From: an uncultured Ectothiorhodospiraceae bacterium
GTDB lineage: Bacteria; Pseudomonadota; Gammaproteobacteria; UBA9214
Direction: 5' to 3'
DNA length: 64,000 bases
Assembly (NCBI GenBank): GCA_947258515.1
Contig: CAMYIO010000001.1
Span: 9,373-73,372, forward strand
In this document: in pieces, positions 1-11,241 of the stretch
Numbering within the stretch: the stretch's first letter is position 1
Layout: each line of letters starts with the position of its first letter
Translations under genes and position numbers: made by a program
Notes under the pieces: generated by a model
The model's input: the letters and a program-made list of their open reading frames with translations, nothing else
Told to the model about the DNA's origin: nothing
Databases searched by the model: none

Positions 1-130
1 GTCGATGTTTTGTTTTTTCCGAAACCTAGCATGAAAATGATTGTCTCTGAGAGATTAGGTAATACCGGGGGCGATATCCTATCATCCCCTACCCATCCGG
101 GTTAACTACCCGAAGTACAGGAGTAGATGA

Positions 131-1498
131 ATGCGAAGATTACTTGCGGCAGGCCTGTTGCTGGCCAGCCAGCTGCTGCCGGCAGCCGGAGTTGTCCATG
201 AATATCAACTGGATAACGGGCTGAAACTGATTGTCAAGGAGGACCACCGTGCCCCGGTGGTGATCTCACAGGTGTGGTACAAGGTCGGCGCCAGCTACGA
301 GCATGATGGTATCACCGGTGTCTCGCACGTGCTGGAGCACATGATGTTCAAGGGTACGGATGCGCATCCCGCGGGTCAGTTCTCGCGCATCATTTCTGAA
401 AATGGCGGCAGCGAGAATGCCTTCACCAGCAAGGATTACACTGCCTATTTCCAGAAGCTTGAAAAAAGCCGGCTGCCCATCAGCTTCGAACTGGAAGCTG
501 ACCGGATGCGCAACCTGAACTTGCAGGATGAGGAGTTCCAGAAGGAAATCAAGGTGGTGATGGAGGAACGGCGCTTGCGTACCGAAGACAAACCGACGGC
601 GCTGACCTATGAACAGTTCGGTGCAACGGCTTTTATCAGCAGTTCGGTACGTATTCCGACGATCGGCTGGATGAATGACCTGGAGAACATGCAGCTGGAT
701 GATCTGCAGCGCTGGTACGAACGGTGGTATGCCCCCAATAACGCCATCGTCGTGGTTGTCGGCGACGTTGAACCGGATGAGGTATTCAAACTGGCGAAGA
801 AATATTTTGTTTCGCTGAAGCCGGAAGTGATCATGCCGCCCAAACCCCGCATCGAGCCGCCCCAGAAAGGCAGGCGCGACATCACCGTGCGCGCCCCGGC
901 CGAGGTGCCATACACCATAATGGGTTACAAGGCGCCGGTACTGGCCACCGCAGGGGAACGCTGGGAGCCCTATGCACTGGAAGTGCTGGCCAATATCATG
1001 GACGGTGGTGACAGCTCCCGCTTCACCCGTGACCTGGTGCGTGGCAGCCAGGTTGCCAGCAGTGCCGGTGCCGGCTATGACCTGTACGATCGCCAGGCGG
1101 GACTGTTCCTGCTGGACGGCACGCCGGCGGGATCACACAGCGTTGCCGAGCTGCAGGAGGCGCTCTTCAGGCAGGTCCGGCAACTGCAGGATGAGCCGGT
1201 GACCGAAGCGGAACTGTCGCGGGTTAAAACCACGGTGGTGGCGAATGCTGTCTATGAACTGGACTCTGCCTTCTACCAGGCGATGAAGATCGGGCAACTG
1301 GAAGCCGTCGGGCTGGACTGGCGGCTGGCAGATGAATACGTGGAACGCATCAATGCAGTCACGGCCGCACAGGTGCAGGCGGTCGCGAAAAAATACCTGG
1401 TAGAAGAGGCCCTCACCGTGGCCCGGCTTGACCCCTTGCCCATGGAGACAGGACGCCAGCCGAGTGCGAACAGCAGCGGAGGTGCTCATGGTCACTAG
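131..1498 (+). CDS. M16-family zinc metallopeptidase (pitrilysin/PqqL-like), active subunit
   Basis: The inverted zinc-binding motif HxxEH is present (SHVLEHMMFKG). It is followed by the typical M16 core (NAFTSKDYTAYF, EExRL), and the N-terminus looks like a signal peptide. AGGAG lies 8 nt upstream of the ATG at 131. Confidence 0.85.
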   Translation: MRRLLAAGLLLASQLLPAAGVVHEYQLDNGLKLIVKEDHRAPVVISQVWYKVGASYEHDGITGVSHVLEHMMFKGTDAHPAGQFSRIISENGGSENAFTSKDYTAYFQKLEKSRLPISFELEADRMRNLNLQDEEFQKEIKVVMEERRLRTEDKPTALTYEQFGATAFISSSVRIPTIGWMNDLENMQLDDLQRWYERWYAPNNAIVVVVGDVEPDEVFKLAKKYFVSLKPEVIMPPKPRIEPPQKGRRDITVRAPAEVPYTIMGYKAPVLATAGERWEPYALEVLANIMDGGDSSRFTRDLVRGSQVASSAGAGYDLYDRQAGLFLLDGTPAGSHSVAELQEALFRQVRQLQDEPVTEAELSRVKTTVVANAVYELDSAFYQAMKIGQLEAVGLDWRLADEYVERINAVTAAQVQAVAKKYLVEEALTVARLDPLPMETGRQPSANSSGGAHGH

Positions 1499-2816
1499 CA
1501 TCACAAAAAGCCTGCAGGGGCTGACTGCTGCCGTGCTTTTATCATGGCTGTTTGTCGTGCCGGCGGCATCCGCCATGCCGGCGATACAGCACTGGGTAAC
1601 GGACAACGGTGTGCGCGTCTATTTCGTGGCGGCACCGGAACTACCCATGGTGAATATCAATGTCACCTTTGCCGCCGGCAGCGCGCGTGATGACGGCCAT
1701 GCCGGTCTGGCGAACATGACCAGTACCTTGCTGGATATGGGAGCCGCCGGTCTCAGTGCGGATGAAATCGCCAGTCGCGCGGAATCGCTGGGTGCCGAGC
1801 TGGCAACCGGATCTGCGCGCGACATGGCCTGGATAACGTTGCGCAGCCTGAGCGATGCCGCCTACCTGCAACCGGCACTGAAACTGCTTGCGGATGTCAT
1901 CAACCGCCCGGACTTCAACGAGAAAGACTTCGCGCGTGAACGTGAGCGTACGCTGGTCGCCATTCGACGCAGCGAACAGTCACCCGCCACGGTCGCTGAA
2001 TACACCTTCTTCAGCTCGGTCTATGGTGATCATCCCTATGCACCACGTCCCGGCGGTACGATAGAAAGTGTCAGTGCACTGCAGCTTGACCGTATCAAGG
2101 CATTCTACAAGCGCTACTACGTTGCCAATAACGCCGTGTTCTCCATTATCGGCGATCTTGATCGCAAGGCGGCCGGGCAACTGGTAGAGCAGGTGATTGC
2201 ACAGTTGCCCGCCGGCAAGCGTGCTGCCGCGCTGCAGTCAGTGCCGGTGCTGACGAAGGCACAAGAGCAGCGTGTTTATCATCCATCCACGCAGACACAT
2301 GTGCGCATGGGTGCGCCGGGTATGCACCGCGGTGACCCTGACTACTTTGCATTGTATGTGGGAAATCATGTGCTCGGCGGCGGTGGTCTGGTCTCCCGGT
2401 TATTTGAAGAAGTGCGTGAGAAGCGCGGCCTGTCCTATAGTGTCAACAGCTATTTCTCACCGATGGAACAAAATGGTCCCTATTTGTTCTCCTTGCAGAC
2501 CCGTAATGACCAGCTCGATGAATCGCTGCTTGTGATGCGAGAGACACTGCAGGACTTCGTTGAAAAGGGCCCCACGAAAAAAGAACTGATTGCATCGAAG
2601 AAAAATATCACCGGTGGTTTCCCCCTGCGGATCGCGAGCAATTCCAGTATTCTGGATTACCTGACCGTGATCGGCTTTTACGATTTGCCGCTCGATTATC
2701 TCGAGGTATTCAACGACCGGGTAATGGCCGTCACGCGGCAGCAGATCATCGATGCCTTCCAGCGCCGCGTATCACCGGACACCATGGCAACCATCATCGT
2801 CGGTGGTGATAGTTAG
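1488..2816 (+). CDS. M16-family peptidase-like protein without HxxEH (probable non-catalytic partner subunit)
   Basis: M16 fold signatures are present (FAAGSARD..., YYVANNAVFSIIGD, GGGxSRLFEEVREKRGLSYSV) but there is no HxxEH. The track ORF opens with TTG at 1428. The first ATG with an RBS is at 1488 (GGAGG 8 nt upstream). It overlaps the upstream peptidase by 11 nt, so the two look like an operon pair. Confidence 0.8.
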   Translation: MVTSITKSLQGLTAAVLLSWLFVVPAASAMPAIQHWVTDNGVRVYFVAAPELPMVNINVTFAAGSARDDGHAGLANMTSTLLDMGAAGLSADEIASRAESLGAELATGSARDMAWITLRSLSDAAYLQPALKLLADVINRPDFNEKDFARERERTLVAIRRSEQSPATVAEYTFFSSVYGDHPYAPRPGGTIESVSALQLDRIKAFYKRYYVANNAVFSIIGDLDRKAAGQLVEQVIAQLPAGKRAAALQSVPVLTKAQEQRVYHPSTQTHVRMGAPGMHRGDPDYFALYVGNHVLGGGGLVSRLFEEVREKRGLSYSVNSYFSPMEQNGPYLFSLQTRNDQLDESLLVMRETLQDFVEKGPTKKELIASKKNITGGFPLRIASNSSILDYLTVIGFYDLPLDYLEVFNDRVMAVTRQQIIDAFQRRVSPDTMATIIVGGDS

Positions 2817-2906
2817 TCCAAAAAAAACGTCCTGATCTGATCCCGGTCATTCCCGCCCTTGCGGGAGTGACCGCATTATCCCGTTACGCAAATCTCCCTT
2901 CCCGTA

Positions 2907-2938
2907 CACGGCCCGTCAGTTCTGACTGACGGGCCGTG
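2907..2938. repeat. Perfect 13-bp inverted repeat (CACGGCCCGTCAG / CTGACGGGCCGTG) with a 6-nt loop, no U-run
   Basis: Read directly from the sequence. It is preceded by a second imperfect hairpin (GGTCA-T-TCCCGC-CCTT-GCGGGA-G-TGACC, about 2846-2874). It lies in the 242-bp spacer between the peptidase pair and the LTD gene. Confidence 0.6.
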
Positions 2939-3058
2939 CTGCATTCTGCCGACTGATACCCCCCTGCCTGCTCTGTAAGGTAGCGCACTGGACACCCGGA
3001 GACGGGCCCGGGCAAGGACGCCTGCTTTTATTCATCCAACAGACCCATGGAGGGAGCT

Positions 3059-3733
3059 ATGTTTTATACAGGGAAGTCGAGGTTGCGTTTTACACAAGGT
3101 GTTTGTGTCGGTGCTGCGCTGCTGTCAATATCGTCCGCGCAGGCGCAAACGGTTATATCGGAACTGCTTTATGACGCGAGCAGTGCAGATAATGGCAATG
3201 TATTTGTCGAATTGTACGGTACGCCTGGAACGGTACTCGATGGCCTGTTGCTGGAAGGCATCAACGGCACCGACGGCAGTGTTTACCGTAGCGTCATTCT
3301 CGCCGGTGTTATTCCATCGGATGGCGTGTTTCTCATTGGCGATGACACGGGTGACGGCAGCACGTTTATCGGTAATGCCGATCTGGTACGTGAAATCGAT
3401 TTCCAGAACGGACCCGACTCCGTCGTCCTGCGTAATGGCGAAACACTGCTGGATGCACTCGGCTATGGCGATTTTACCGGCCTGCCCTTCAGCGGTGAGG
3501 GCAATGCGGCGCCGGATGCATCGGCCGGCCAGAGCCTGGCGCGCCATCATCCAGGGCTCGACAGCAATGACAATTTCGATGACTTCATGGTGCTGGACTT
3601 GCCGACACCGGGTGCCGTACCGGTGAGTGCGGTACCCGTGCCGCCTGCCATAGCGCTGTTCCTGTCCGGCCTTGTTGGTCTTGCCGGGGTGGCACGCAAG
3701 CGCAAGGAGTCAGCCTGCGGGCACAGGCATTGA
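3059..3733 (+). CDS. Secreted lamin-tail-domain (LTD) protein with C-terminal PEP-CTERM-like sorting signal
   Basis: There is a signal peptide (MFYTGKSRLRFTQGVCVGAALLSISSAQA). The LTD-like core is ISELLYDASSADNGNVFVELYGTPGTVLDGLLLEG. The C-terminus is VPVPPAIALFLSGLVGLAGVARKRK, meaning a Pro-rich motif, a hydrophobic helix and a basic cluster. A GGAGGGAG RBS precedes the ATG at 3059. The track ORF starts at 3047. Confidence 0.6.
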   Translation: MFYTGKSRLRFTQGVCVGAALLSISSAQAQTVISELLYDASSADNGNVFVELYGTPGTVLDGLLLEGINGTDGSVYRSVILAGVIPSDGVFLIGDDTGDGSTFIGNADLVREIDFQNGPDSVVLRNGETLLDALGYGDFTGLPFSGEGNAAPDASAGQSLARHHPGLDSNDNFDDFMVLDLPTPGAVPVSAVPVPPAIALFLSGLVGLAGVARKRKESACGHRH

Positions 3734-3767
3734 CGACTGACTGACGAGGCCTGATGATGCTGCTCAT

Positions 3768-4331
3768 ATGAAGGCAAACCAGGCAGCCAATCAGGTACGC
3801 ATCATTGGCGGCTGCTGGCGCGGACGCAAACTGTCTTTTGCGCCAGTGGCCGGTGTGCGTCCAACGCCTGACCGGGTACGCGAAACACTGTTTAACTGGC
3901 TCAGTCCCGTGATCAGGGATGCGCGTTGTCTTGATCTGTATGCCGGTAGCGGCGCGTTGGGAATAGAGGCCGCATCACGTGGTGCGTCCAGCGTGGTGCT
4001 GGTCGACAGTGATCCGCAGGTTGTGGCCAGCCTGCGTGAGCAGTTGCTGCTGCTGGGTGCAACGCAGACCGGGGTTGTGCAAGCAGCTGTTGAAGGCTGG
4101 CTCTCTGCACCGGGCAGTCCCTTTGATATCGTGTTTCTGGACCCGCCTTTCCGGAAAGACCTGCTGCCTGCCTGTATGCAGGCACTGGAGAGTGGTGGCT
4201 GGCTGGCTGAGAACGCCCGTGTCTATATTGAGGCTGAAAGTGATCTTGAACTGCAGATACCGGGAAACTGGGAGCTGACGCACAGCAAGCGCGCGGGCCA
4301 GGTGGGCTACCATCTTGCGAGGCGCATTTGA
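3768..4331 (+). CDS. rsmD: 16S rRNA (guanine966-N2)-methyltransferase RsmD
   Basis: RIIGGxWRGRKL, a SAM-binding motif (LDLYAGSGALGIEAASRGA) and the DPPF catalytic motif are present. The length is about 187 aa. Confidence 0.85.
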   Translation: MKANQAANQVRIIGGCWRGRKLSFAPVAGVRPTPDRVRETLFNWLSPVIRDARCLDLYAGSGALGIEAASRGASSVVLVDSDPQVVASLREQLLLLGATQTGVVQAAVEGWLSAPGSPFDIVFLDPPFRKDLLPACMQALESGGWLAENARVYIEAESDLELQIPGNWELTHSKRAGQVGYHLARRI

Positions 4332-4423
4332 AGGTGGGGTGCCGACACGAAATGCCACCAGGGTGCGTGACAGACATTCCACAGACAGGGTGAATGTAGC
4401 TGTCAGGTGATCCAGGCGTATGA

Positions 4424-6960
<2,537 letters not shown>

Positions 6961-7055
6961 CCCGCGATGTACAATTGCCGGGTAACTGTGAATGTTTTAC
7001 AAAGTGCGCAACAATCCATGACCGGCAACGCCGGCTTCATTGACGTAGCGGCTAT

Positions 7056-7188
7056 CCTTTTACGCCAGGTCGATAATCTTGTAAACGGTGAATAGCAGTA
7101 CCACACCAATCAGCAGGTAGGTTTCCATTGTGCCAATGCCGAGCGTGTGTGAGATTGTCAAAACCGTTTTGCCAAGTATCGAGTCCAT
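7056..7188 (-). CDS. Putative 43-aa small membrane protein (not in the ORF track, which has a 60-aa cutoff)
   Basis: My own translation of the minus strand gives MDSILGKTVLTISHTLGIGTMETYLLIGVVLLFTVYKIIDLA*. A strong RBS GAGAGGTAAGAG sits immediately 5' of the ATG at 7188. There is one predicted TM helix. The frame differs from track ORF 7052..7234. Confidence 0.35.
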
Positions 7189-7407
7189 CTCTTACCTCTC
7201 GCGAAAAGTTTGGGCCTGCAGTGTAAGGCGACAACTCACACGCATGTTGCCTTGTCGTAGATAAACGCCGCGATTCATTATTAGTATGCAGCGCATCTTG
7301 TGTCTCACCAGATAAAAAATGGAGCCTGTCTTCATAGCTGATGCTGCGCAGTTTAACAGCACCTTGTACGGTATTTAATACTAGTATATATCCGCAGGAA
7401 AGATAGA

Positions 7408-7427
7408 TATTGATTAAGTAATCAATA
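7408..7427. promoter_or_regulatory. 20-bp perfect palindrome TATTGATTA-AG-TAATCAATA (candidate dimeric regulator operator)
   Basis: The 9-bp arms are exact reverse complements separated by 2 nt. It lies in a roughly 600-bp low-GC non-coding stretch, about 220 bp upstream of the small ORF at 7188. Confidence 0.4.
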
Positions 7428-7790
7428 ATAAGCTTACATATCTCGTTTATAGCGTCGCTTTACAGTGCAGGGGAGTCAGGGCTACGTCAGGCAGGTTTAG
7501 ACGTCGATTCGTTTAGTCAGATAATTGGCATAGTGGTCACCTGCTGTTCGTGTGTGTCAGGTTGTTGACCATCAATGCCGTCCTCTGATAAATCCATGCC
7601 GATGCTGTCCGCTGGTCTCATCTGGCCGTGTTCGGATTTCCCGGAAAGAACGGCGGAACACCGGGCTGCCGTTTGGCGTGCGAAAATAATACAAGCCATG
7701 CCAGGCAAGACCGGCAGCGGATCATTAAAAACAGCTTGTCGTAGTGATGTGACTTAAGCCTTTGGTACCCGCAGTATCGTTTTACCTGTC

Positions 7791-8051
7791 CTAATGCTTT
7801 TTGCCGGATTTGTCAGACTGGTCTTTTTTTGTTTCCTTATTTTTGTTCATGTCCTTGTTCTTTTGCTTCTTTTTCTTGCCCTGCTTGTCTTTGTTGTTTT
7901 CATCACGTTTGAAGCTGGCGTTGTCGCTGGCATTTTCCCAGGCCTGATCATCGGGCCCCTTGTCACCGCCGGGGGCAGCGTAGCTGTGTAGTGGCGTAAT
8001 CAGTAGTGATAGCGCAGCGAGCATTAAAAATCGTATAACAGACTTCATTGG
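7791..8051 (-). CDS. Small secreted, extremely lysine-rich low-complexity protein
   Basis: The signal peptide is MKSVIRFLMLAALSLLITPLHSYA. The predicted mature chain of about 62 aa is roughly 35% Lys (QGKKKKQKNKDMNKNKETKKDQSDKSGKKH). The start is taken at the internal Met of the track ORF. Confidence 0.55.
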   Translation of the reverse strand, partial: PMKSVIRFLMLAALSLLITPLHSYAAPGGDKGPDDQAWENASDNASFKRDENNKDKQGKKKKQKNKDMNKNKETKKDQSDKSGKKH

Positions 8052-8114
8052 CATCTCCATGGAAAGGATTGATTTACCCGTAAACAACGCTTGCGAGCGG
8101 TGTGATTATAGCTG

Positions 8115-8927
8115 TTAGCGCTGGCACTTCGGGCAGTAAAAAGTCGATCGCTGGCCCTGGCGTATCTCCCTGATGGGTCTACGACAGCTGATGCAGGGTT
8201 CGCCGGCTTTGCCGTAGACGTTCAAATGCTGGCCGAAATACCCCGGTTTGCCATCGCCATTGACAAAGTCCCGCAGCGTGGTGCCACCCTGATCGATGGC
8301 GTCGTTGAGTACCTCCTGTATGACCTCGGCCAGCAGCCGGTATTTATTCCGGCTGACCTTGCCGGCGGCACGTTTTGGGTGAATGCCGGCCATGTACAGG
8401 GCCTCGCTGGCGTAGATATTGCCGATGCCAACCACGATGTGGCTGTTCATGATGAATTGCTTGACGGCGACGGTGCGATTGCGCGAGCGCAGGTACAGGT
8501 AATCGCCGTTAAACGCCTCGCCGAGTGGTTCGTAACCCAGCGGCTTGATGAGGCGGTGTTGCATGGCCGGCCGGCGCGTCCAGTGCAGGCTGCCGAAGCG
8601 CCGCGGGTCGGTAAAGCGCAACGCTTTATCACCGAAGACGATATCGACATGGTCATGCTTGCGCGGCGGTTCGGCAGGCGCAATGATTCTCAGGCTGCCG
8701 GACATGCCAAGGTGCAGGATGGCGGTACCGGCATCCGTATCCAGTAACAGGTACTTGGCACGACGCCTGACGCTGTGGATGATCTGGCCGGTCAGTTCTT
8801 TTTCCAGCCGTTTTGATACCGGCCAGCGCAGGTTCGGATTGCGCACAATGACACGGCTGACACGCTGTCCGCTGATGTAGGGGGCAATGCCGCGGCGGGT
8901 GGTCTCTACTTCAGGGAGTTCAGGCAT
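8115..8927 (-). CDS. mutM: Formamidopyrimidine-DNA glycosylase
   Basis: The N-terminus is MPELPEVE with the catalytic Pro2. The C-terminus carries a zinc finger (CxxC...CPxCQR). The size is 270 aa. Confidence 0.92.
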   Translation of the reverse strand: MPELPEVETTRRGIAPYISGQRVSRVIVRNPNLRWPVSKRLEKELTGQIIHSVRRRAKYLLLDTDAGTAILHLGMSGSLRIIAPAEPPRKHDHVDIVFGDKALRFTDPRRFGSLHWTRRPAMQHRLIKPLGYEPLGEAFNGDYLYLRSRNRTVAVKQFIMNSHIVVGIGNIYASEALYMAGIHPKRAAGKVSRNKYRLLAEVIQEVLNDAIDQGGTTLRDFVNGDGKPGYFGQHLNVYGKAGEPCISCRRPIREIRQGQRSTFYCPKCQR

Positions 8928-8956
8928 ACAATCGCACCGCAGGGGGGGGCTCGTCG

Positions 8957-9865
8957 TCAGGGTGCGGGCGTGGCAGAACCGTCCAGCAGCAACGGCTCAG
9001 TGTCGGTTTCGATGGCTGTTTCCGGCGTTGCCAGGCCGAGCAGTGTATTTCTCATGTTCGCGGGTAAATGGTACTGCAGTCCCCAGTCGGGCCTGGCTAG
9101 CACAAGTTCGGCTTGCTGCTCGTTTATGAAGAGGGTCACGGCGTCCGTGTCATCGGAAAATGTCAGCGTAATCGAGGCGGGTGTTGCCGTGCCGTCATAA
9201 CGACGTATATAGGTTGCGTTGGCGGCTTGCCACTGCGCAACAAGGGCCTGAATGGCTGTGGCATTTTCGTCAGACTCTGCCGGTGACAGCTGCCATTGAC
9301 GGTCGTCACTCAATGTCAGGTTCAGGCCAGGTAGCTCAATGCCTTGCAACGCGGCATTCTCCGGCAGCAGTCGACGCTCGATAAAGTTTGTCCAGTCGGC
9401 ATTGATCAGGTGCTGGTAGATATCATTGACCAGGTAAACGGTGTCGTCGAGGCGGATATAGCGTTTGCGTTCCAGTGGTTCGGTATTACCGATGGTGATG
9501 AGGGTGTCATCCAGCAACAGTGTTGCCTGTGGCGGCTCCAGGCCGGCGCTGCCGAGGTCCAGGGCGCTGACCGGATAGCTGCGCGCGGGCCGGGTACCCG
9601 GTATGCCGAGCAGCGAGCGTAATTGAAACTCGCTGGCGGGGAGTGCCTGTTCCTGCAGCAGCTGCCAGCCGCTTGCGGTTTTCGAGAACGTCAGTGGCAT
9701 GCGTTCTTTTCTGGTTACCCGGATACTGCTGATGCTGTCCGCGGACAGGTCGCTGATGGGCGGTGCGACCGGCCCCTCTTCAAGACCGGGCAGGTAAAAA
9801 ACAACCAGCCCGAGGAGCAGTGCGACACAGACCAGTATCAGGTTAAGCCACGTTCTGCTACTCAT
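8957..9865 (-). CDS. DUF4340-like membrane-anchored protein (usual partner of GldG-type ABC auxiliary proteins)
   Basis: It has an N-terminal TM helix, then an extracytoplasmic domain. It lies immediately downstream of, and co-oriented with, the ABC ATPase/permease/GldG triad. The family assignment is by context and from memory. Confidence 0.55.
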   Translation of the reverse strand: MSSRTWLNLILVCVALLLGLVVFYLPGLEEGPVAPPISDLSADSISSIRVTRKERMPLTFSKTASGWQLLQEQALPASEFQLRSLLGIPGTRPARSYPVSALDLGSAGLEPPQATLLLDDTLITIGNTEPLERKRYIRLDDTVYLVNDIYQHLINADWTNFIERRLLPENAALQGIELPGLNLTLSDDRQWQLSPAESDENATAIQALVAQWQAANATYIRRYDGTATPASITLTFSDDTDAVTLFINEQQAELVLARPDWGLQYHLPANMRNTLLGLATPETAIETDTEPLLLDGSATPAP

Positions 9866-11235
9866 CAGCGGCGCCGGCGCCGTAACCAGATGCCAATTCC
9901 GAACAGCAGCAGTAACAGCGGTATGCCGATCAGAAAGCCGATGGCAATGACGCCCTGCGCGACCCTGCCCAGTACCAGTGAGGTATCGGGTGCGGACTTG
10001 ACGCGTATCTCGATGGTCGCATCGTCGTGGCTCAGCCAGCGGACAACGTTTAATCCAAGATCGAAATTGCCGGGGTTACCCAGGTAGGTGTTGGAAAGAA
10101 AATCCCCGTCACCGATGACGACAATACGTTGCTCCGGGACACGGGTGTTATCCGCATTGTCCTCGCTGGCAACCGGGCGTGTCAGCGCGACACCGATATC
10201 GAGTGGCCCGGCACGCTCATCATTGCCGCTGTCAAAGCTTATGTCGCCCTCGATTTCACCAATCTCTGTCCACGAGTGTTCCAGCGTGGTAAGCAGCGGC
10301 ATGACGCTCCAGGCGGCGCTGTCATTGATTTCCAGTGCGGCGGCCTCGGGGAACACCGTGACGGTGGTCATTTCCATGCTGATGTCATGACGTGGATAGC
10401 CGGTTATCACCACGAATGTCGGGTTCTCGATACCGAACATCTGGGTCGTCGCATCGACCACGGTGCCCGGCAGGAAATGAATACCGAGCTGTTCGGACAG
10501 CGGTTCCAGTCCGCGCGGTGAATCCGGCTCGGCCAGCCATAACAGGTTACCACCTGTTTCGATATAGGACTGCAGCTTGTGCATCTCGCCTGGAAGCAGG
10601 GCGGATCGCGGGCTTGCCAGTACCAGCAGGTTGGTGTTGGACGGGATTTCCGACTCCACCAGATTGATGGACTGCACATTCAGGCCCTTGCGTTCAAGTT
10701 CCTGGCTGAATTCGCCCATGCCATGATTGGTTTCCCCGCTGGAGCTGCGCTCGCCATGGCCGCTGAGGAAAACAATCCAGCGCTCATCCTGTCGCGTCAG
10801 TCGCAACAGGGCGTTGGTCAGGTGCTGCTCGCTGAGGGTCTGAATCTTTTCGCTGCGCTCCCGGTAGCGAATGACGATCTCACCGCCGCTGGCGATACCG
10901 AGTTCACGAATGCGTTCCGGTGCCAGGTCCGGGTTGATGAACTCCAGCGTGATGTCTTCCTTGAAGCGCTGGTAGGTACCGATCAGGTCCCTGATCTGGC
11001 TGCGGGTAAGCTCATCCTCGCGCACAAAGGCAGTGATCTGGACCGGTTGCTCCATCCCCTCCAGCAGTCTGCGGCTGCCATCGGATATGGTGTTGCGTGA
11101 TCCGCTGGTCCAGTCTGCCTGGTAGACGTATTGCGTGCTCAGCCATGCCAGCATGCCGGTAATGGCGATGAACAAGACTGAAAAGATCAGGCTTTGCAGG
11201 CGCAGCAGCAGGCGGGAACGGCGGGTGACTTTCAT
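9865..11235 (-). CDS. GldG-like ABC-transporter auxiliary component (COG3225-type)
   Basis: It has an N-terminal TM helix, a large periplasmic domain and a C-terminal TM helix plus an RRRRR tail. It sits between the ABC-2 permease and the DUF4340 protein. Confidence 0.7.
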   Translation of the reverse strand: MKVTRRSRLLLRLQSLIFSVLFIAITGMLAWLSTQYVYQADWTSGSRNTISDGSRRLLEGMEQPVQITAFVREDELTRSQIRDLIGTYQRFKEDITLEFINPDLAPERIRELGIASGGEIVIRYRERSEKIQTLSEQHLTNALLRLTRQDERWIVFLSGHGERSSSGETNHGMGEFSQELERKGLNVQSINLVESEIPSNTNLLVLASPRSALLPGEMHKLQSYIETGGNLLWLAEPDSPRGLEPLSEQLGIHFLPGTVVDATTQMFGIENPTFVVITGYPRHDISMEMTTVTVFPEAAALEINDSAAWSVMPLLTTLEHSWTEIGEIEGDISFDSGNDERAGPLDIGVALTRPVASEDNADNTRVPEQRIVVIGDGDFLSNTYLGNPGNFDLGLNVVRWLSHDDATIEIRVKSAPDTSLVLGRVAQGVIAIGFLIGIPLLLLLFGIGIWLRRRRR

Positions 11236-11241
11236 AAAGAC

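Noticed and set aside
3099-3626. A 175-aa +2-frame ORF and a 141-aa minus ORF (3125..3550) overlapping the LTD gene.
   Set aside because: The LTD frame has a signal peptide, a recognisable domain and an RBS. The overlapping frames are Cys/Arg/Met-rich with no features.
7052-7234. Track ORF (60 aa, MSPYTAGPNF...) on the minus strand.
   Set aside because: It has no RBS and poor composition. The overlapping 43-codon frame starting at 7188 has a strong SD and a clean TM helix and is preferred.
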